A stretch of DNA of 64,000 nucleotides from an uncultured cyanobacterium (GTDB lineage Bacteria > Cyanobacteriota > Cyanobacteriia > Phormidesmidales > Phormidesmidaceae). The stretch covers positions 320,001-384,000 of the forward strand of contig CAWBZI010000004.1 in NCBI GenBank assembly GCA_963793265.1, read 5' to 3'. The notes beneath the pieces are model-generated. The model searched no databases. It saw only the letters and a program-made list of their open reading frames with translations, and was not told the DNA's origin. A program made the translations under genes and the position numbers. Shown one piece after another: positions 59,376 to 64,000 of this stretch; positions within the stretch are counted from its first letter, which is position 1; every line of letters begins with the position of its first letter.

Positions 59376-60683
59376 ATGCCTTCATTGGATAAGGACGAGA
59401 ATAGGAAAAATCGACAGCAGCAGAAAGCGTGGCGGGACAAGGTGATCGCTCGGCTAGGTTTTAAAGACATGGCAGCGCTAGCAAGAGCAGCAGGCGTTAA
59501 CGATGGTGATCTATCAGGTATTTCGAGAGGAACCCGCAAGCCTAGTAACGCAGTAGCTCATAAGCTGATCCTGGCAATTCGAGACTGTAATTATCAAAAA
59601 GGATGGAACTATGCTGAAGCTGCCCTATATTTTCAAGACACTTTCAACTACCTGCGGGGTTACTATGCTCAGCAGCGCGGTGAGAAGGCTGTCTTTATCG
59701 ACGAAGAAGACATTCTAAAGTGGTACGACAGCTACCTGTATTGCACATCTCAGCAGCAGGAAGACTTTGCTGAACCGCTGAGCATTATTGCAGCAAGTAC
59801 TTCTGTAGGAGAGTCTCTATCCTATTTATTAGAATCTCTCAAGAACTGGAAGATGAAGCATGACTTTGATCTGCTAGGAAAGAAAAAGTATCGATTTCAA
59901 CACAATAAAGCGTTTATTATTAAGCCGACTTTATATAGAGCTATGAAGGAGGAACAGTATTATGAGCAAATCAAGGCTATATATACGGAGATAAGACATA
60001 TCGCGTACCTTTGCGGTGCCTTTGAGTTAGTGCAATCAATGTCTTACTGGCTTCGCGATCAGGCCAAGCAGCGCCACGATATTCAAACAGAAGTAAAAAC
60101 TAAGGTAACGATTGCATGGATGCAAACGTCATTTAACAGTACACAGAGCCTTCAAGATGCTAAACAACTTGTTCAAGCGGTTAACGGCATTGTTAGCGCT
60201 AGTAGCTTTCTTGCAGAGGTAAGCGCTGAAGATATGGATGTTATTGCAACGCTAGCAGAGCTACGCATGAGGCTAGAAATTCGGTTGGCTCAAAAGTGCT
60301 ATCTGCCATTGAGCCTCGAAAGGTTCAACAAGCTCTCAGAAGAATCTGAGGTGCTGTTATGTTCCCCAGCTAGTTTCCATGCGCTGCCTACTCGATTGCA
60401 GTCTCGATATACTATTCCACTTGACTATCAATACGGTGTATATTTGCATAGTCTGAGAGACTATGAGGGTGCGCAGCTAAAGTTTGAGTCGATTGTTGCT
60501 AGAGCTAACCGCATCGGCTGGATTAGGATAGAACAAGCTGCCTATAGCTGGCTGGCTGAGTCTTTTGAAAAGATGGGCGACAGAGAAAATTGCTGTGCCA
60601 TGCTAGAGAAAATGACGGTTCCTTATCTACCCAAACGACAGCTAATTAGGGCAAACATTCGAGCGAATATTGCAGAAGTCTGA
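59376..60683 (+). CDS. XRE-family HTH protein with TPR-like helical C-terminus
   Basis: MAALARAAGVNDGDLSGISRGTRKPS HTH; TPR-like YQYGVYL..DYEGAQLKF. Confidence 0.7.
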   Translation: MPSLDKDENRKNRQQQKAWRDKVIARLGFKDMAALARAAGVNDGDLSGISRGTRKPSNAVAHKLILAIRDCNYQKGWNYAEAALYFQDTFNYLRGYYAQQRGEKAVFIDEEDILKWYDSYLYCTSQQQEDFAEPLSIIAASTSVGESLSYLLESLKNWKMKHDFDLLGKKKYRFQHNKAFIIKPTLYRAMKEEQYYEQIKAIYTEIRHIAYLCGAFELVQSMSYWLRDQAKQRHDIQTEVKTKVTIAWMQTSFNSTQSLQDAKQLVQAVNGIVSASSFLAEVSAEDMDVIATLAELRMRLEIRLAQKCYLPLSLERFNKLSEESEVLLCSPASFHALPTRLQSRYTIPLDYQYGVYLHSLRDYEGAQLKFESIVARANRIGWIRIEQAAYSWLAESFEKMGDRENCCAMLEKMTVPYLPKRQLIRANIRANIAEV

Positions 60684-60750
60684 GCCCGTAAAGACCTGCT
60701 AATAAAAATAGTACGCAATAAGAAAAGCCAAGAGAGCTTGAGAGGTTACT

Positions 60751-61932
60751 ATGACCGATAACACCCACGTTAAAGTGCCAGCAGATAAGCTGCTGAGCGA
60801 TCTGATCGAGAGCGAAGATGTTGATAAAAAAGTGAGCGAGAAGCTTGAGCAGCAGGCCGCTATTCGGTTTGAGTCTCTAAGCTTTAAAGCTTTAAACAAC
60901 GAGTGCAACAAACTTAAAGAAAGGCTAGAGAAATACTACAGATACTTGAAAGGTTGGGAGCTGCACCATGATTTTGAACTATGGGAGCACGCTGAAAGTC
61001 ATGTCGGCAGCGTTTGGCTAAAGCTGAGAAGCGCCCTGCATTTGGCGATGGAGTATGGGCTATACGAAGAGGTGAAGGCGATCTTTTTAGAGCTGAAGCT
61101 GCTGCTGCAAACGGCAGGCTTTGTTAAAGACCGTATCTACTTAGCGGCCTGGTTAAAATCAGAAGCCGAACGCCGCCAGGACTGGATTAGTATGCACCTG
61201 ATGACCGCTTCGTTGGTTTGGTCGTATACGTCTTTTGGCTGTAATCAAAATATTGCAAAGGCAGATGAGCTTTGGAGCGACCTGATCCCGTTTTTACTCA
61301 GCGTTGGTGATACGACAGATTGTAACGAATGCAGAAAGTATTTTCGCGATAGAGAAGATATTTATCCTTACACCGAGATGCTGGTAGATATTTACGAGAC
61401 GGGTACTCGAATAGCGATACGATGTTCAAGATTTGATGATGTAAAAGAGTATATTCGTAGGGGCCGCGCGGAGATTTCACTGCTCTCTCAAAGCGGATTT
61501 TTGTCAATACGGCTAAAGGAGCGCTTTGATATCGCTTTTAGCTATCATGAGGCGATCGCCTGCTACTTAACCAGCCAATATGAGCGTGCGCAGGCTTTGT
61601 TTAACGATGCCGTTGAGCGTGGTGAAATGATCGCCTGGAACCGGCTAGTGCGTGGGGCTAAGAGCTGGCTAGCTACGATTGCAATTGAGCTGGAAAATTA
61701 TGTTGAATGCGAGCAAATCTTGTCTGAGATTGTAGAAGATTGTGAGCTAAATAAGAGCAAGCGAGACGTGATGTGCCATTTGGTTAAGGCCCGGCTGTTG
61801 CACGAACAGGGACAGCCAAGCGAGCAGGTCATGAGTGAGAAAAAGGCGATCGCGGCGCTAGAAAAGTTTTTTGAAGAAAGTTCTGGCACCTACGATCTCG
61901 ATTCATTCAGGCTCAAGCCTTGCCCTGTGTAA
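60751..61932 (+). CDS. TPR-like helical protein, paralogous to the C-terminus of 59376-60683
   Basis: AWLKSEAERRQD vs YWLRDQAKQRHD; IAWNRLVRGAKSWLA vs IGWIRIEQAAYSWLA; GAGGT RBS. Confidence 0.7.
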   Translation: MTDNTHVKVPADKLLSDLIESEDVDKKVSEKLEQQAAIRFESLSFKALNNECNKLKERLEKYYRYLKGWELHHDFELWEHAESHVGSVWLKLRSALHLAMEYGLYEEVKAIFLELKLLLQTAGFVKDRIYLAAWLKSEAERRQDWISMHLMTASLVWSYTSFGCNQNIAKADELWSDLIPFLLSVGDTTDCNECRKYFRDREDIYPYTEMLVDIYETGTRIAIRCSRFDDVKEYIRRGRAEISLLSQSGFLSIRLKERFDIAFSYHEAIACYLTSQYERAQALFNDAVERGEMIAWNRLVRGAKSWLATIAIELENYVECEQILSEIVEDCELNKSKRDVMCHLVKARLLHEQGQPSEQVMSEKKAIAALEKFFEESSGTYDLDSFRLKPCPV

Positions 61933-61958
61933 AAGGCATTCGCTAAAATCCATAGACT

Positions 61959-63818
61959 ATGGATAATGTGAATTTGCCTGAAGCTGACTCGAATTTGTCA
62001 CCGACTAAGCGAGCCTTACTTGCCCTGAAACATCTTCAGGGCAAGCTGGATAAACAGCATGAGCCAATTGCGATCACTGGCATGAGCTGTCGGTTTCCAG
62101 GAGTCGCGGACACACCAGCGGCTTATTGGCAACTGCTAAAGAACAAAAAAGATGCGATCGCCCCCATTCCCCAAGACCGCTGGCCTGCTACCTATCACAG
62201 CACTGAACCTGATGAGCCCGGTAAAGTGATCGCTCATCAAGGCGGTTTCATCCCTCACCTGTACGACTTCGATGCCGCCTTCTTTCGCATTTCTCCCCGT
62301 GAAGCCCTGACCCTCGATCCGCAGCAGCGCCTTGCTTTAGAACTGGGTTGGGAAGCGTTAGAGAATGCCGGAATCTCACCCGAAATGCTTGATAATCAGC
62401 CAGTCGGTGTATTTTTAGGCATTAGCAGCATTGACTACTGGCAACAGGTTTTAGCACAGTCTTCTGAGGCCATTGATGCTTACCTTGCCACGGGTAACAG
62501 TCATAGCGTTGCGGCCGGGCGACTCTCCTTTTTATTAGGACTCAACGGCCCTAGTCTGGCCGTTGATACCGCCTGTTCTTCTTCTTTAGTCGCTGTTCAT
62601 TTAGCCTGCCAAAGCCTCCGACAGCAGGAATGCAGCATCGCGCTGGTCGGCGGTGTAAATCGCATTATCACACCCGCTGCCAGTATTAATTTCTCTAAGG
62701 CCAAAATGCTCTCTGCCGATGGCCGCTGTCGTACTTTTGACGCGGCGGCAAGTGGCTTTGGTCGAGCTGAAGGCGGCGGAATGATTGTACTTAAGCGGCT
62801 AAGTGATGCTGAAGCTCAGGGCGATCGCATCCACGCCGTCATCCTGGGTAGCGCAACCAACCACAACGGACGAACCAATGGCCTTACCGCTCCAAGCACC
62901 ACCGCGCAGCAGACCGTTATTCGTCAGGCTTTAGCTGCTAGCCGCATTGAGCCGAGTCAGGTTAGCTACGTCGAAACGCACGGTACTGGCACCGCACTGG
63001 GCGATCCGATTGAAGTGGCTGCGTTAGGAAAAGCGTATGGGGATAAGCGTGATCGCCCGCTAATCCTGGGCGCTGTTAAAACAAACGTGGGTCATACTGA
63101 AGCCGCTGCCGGTATGGCGGGTTTGATTAAAGCAGTGCTGGCGCTAGAGCAGGCTCAGGTTCCTGCTAATTTGCATTTAAAGCAACCGAATCCTGATATC
63201 AACTGGGATTCTTTGCCGGTTAAACTTCCTCAAGATTCGATGCCCCTACCTTCAGCCGACAGACCTCATACTGCTGGCGTTAGTGCCTTTGGTTTTAACG
63301 GCACGAATGCTCATTTGATTATTCAAGCCTCGCCTGCACGGGCTAAAGGTTCTAACGTTGAACGATCTCAACGGCTTTTGCCACTGTCCGCGCGATCGCC
63401 TGCCGCTCTCAATCAGCTTGTTGCCCGCTATGCCCAACACCTAGCCACCCATCCCGACCTTGATTTGGCTGATTTGTGTTTTACCGCTAGCGTGGGGCGA
63501 TCGCACTTCTCCCATCGCCTAGCGATTGTCGCAGACTCTACTGTAGATCTGCGAAAAATCTTGGTGAGCGTTCTAGCAGGTCGCCCCCACCCTGACTGCT
63601 GGAAAAGCGATCCGGAAACGCCCAGCGCAGACCTGAAGATACTCGCTGAGCCAAACTCTCTTTCATACTGGGCGCAATGCTATGCTCAAGGCCAAACAAT
63701 TGACTGGGAAAGCTTATACTCATCTAGCGATCGCCTATCAGGCCATCGTCAAAAGCTCGTTCTACCGACTTATCCATTTCAGCGCCAGCATTACAGCATC
63801 CATTCGATTTCGGATTAA
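61959..63818 (+). CDS. Type I PKS ketosynthase without AT/ACP
   Basis: EPIAITGMSCRFPG, DTACSSSL, HGTGT, GHTEAAAG; ends at LPTYPFQR with no GHSxG AT domain. Confidence 0.9.
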   Translation: MDNVNLPEADSNLSPTKRALLALKHLQGKLDKQHEPIAITGMSCRFPGVADTPAAYWQLLKNKKDAIAPIPQDRWPATYHSTEPDEPGKVIAHQGGFIPHLYDFDAAFFRISPREALTLDPQQRLALELGWEALENAGISPEMLDNQPVGVFLGISSIDYWQQVLAQSSEAIDAYLATGNSHSVAAGRLSFLLGLNGPSLAVDTACSSSLVAVHLACQSLRQQECSIALVGGVNRIITPAASINFSKAKMLSADGRCRTFDAAASGFGRAEGGGMIVLKRLSDAEAQGDRIHAVILGSATNHNGRTNGLTAPSTTAQQTVIRQALAASRIEPSQVSYVETHGTGTALGDPIEVAALGKAYGDKRDRPLILGAVKTNVGHTEAAAGMAGLIKAVLALEQAQVPANLHLKQPNPDINWDSLPVKLPQDSMPLPSADRPHTAGVSAFGFNGTNAHLIIQASPARAKGSNVERSQRLLPLSARSPAALNQLVARYAQHLATHPDLDLADLCFTASVGRSHFSHRLAIVADSTVDLRKILVSVLAGRPHPDCWKSDPETPSADLKILAEPNSLSYWAQCYAQGQTIDWESLYSSSDRLSGHRQKLVLPTYPFQRQHYSIHSISD

Positions 63819-63870
63819 TTTCAGTGCTATATTCATCTGCAAGTATAAAAAAGTGTGAGGTACGCAGTTT

Positions 63871-64000
63871 ATGACTTCTCCTAACGTTGCTCAGGCTACG
63901 CGTTCAGTGGCCCGACGATCGTCGCTTAAGCTCACTGGTAAACTAAGTGCGATCGCCCTTCTTCTCGCCGTTCCCGCTGCCTTTGTGTCTAACGCCAACC
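63871..64000 (+). CDS. Partial ORF with signal-peptide-like N-terminus (runs off window)
   Basis: GAGGT RBS, then MTSPNVAQATRSVARRSSLKLTGKLSAIALLLAVPAAFVSNAN, open to the window end. Confidence 0.55.
   Translation, partial: MTSPNVAQATRSVARRSSLKLTGKLSAIALLLAVPAAFVSNAN

Larger units (their letters stand above)
1..64000. repeat. HIP1 octamer GCGATCGC dispersed through the window
   Basis: Dozens of copies in coding and intergenic DNA; none seen at 37.2-38.8 kb. Confidence 0.95.

Noticed and set aside
3..63723. Many short ORFs overlapping or antisense to clear genes (e.g. 481-786, 6656-7111, 8717-9115, 26863-27429, 29012-29389)
   Set aside because: Shadow frames of well-supported genes with no recognisable motifs; the Arg-rich ones are alternative frames of the PT repeat.

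Overview
Chromosomal window from a cyanobacterium, inferred from dozens of HIP1 octamers (GCGATCGC) and typical gene content. Housekeeping genes include suhB, a J-domain/hisZ/ferredoxin cluster, mutL, dapB, moaD and aas-ylqD-pdhC. There is a complete Pix/Che-like phototaxis operon whose MCP carries two cyanobacteriochrome GAF domains. Surface and polysaccharide genes include tandem OafA acyltransferases, an autotransporter, a GT2 and a frameshifted C-type-lectin/clan GH-A hydrolase. There are also transporters and a PadR-RND efflux unit. Four elements stand out. (1) A regulatory island at 55.2-61.9 kb: three paralogous ECF-sigma-like genes (one with region 2 only) interleaved with two proteins sharing an unnamed domain (candidate anti-sigmas), with recurring TGTCACA promoter-like motifs, divergent from an XRE-HTH/TPR plus TPR paralogue pair and an AT-less type I PKS ketosynthase. 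(2) Two orphan double-glycine-leader peptides with repeated IQKTRL(D/E)xL(D/E)xR cores, beside a decarboxylase carrying the cysteine-sulfinate decarboxylase motif. (3) A candidate NtcA-controlled sRNA between convergent genes at about 17.2 kb. (4) Two AT-rich genes with integron-cassette-like boundaries. No rRNA, tRNA, CRISPR array or intact transposase was seen. All calls are by eye; no database searches were run.
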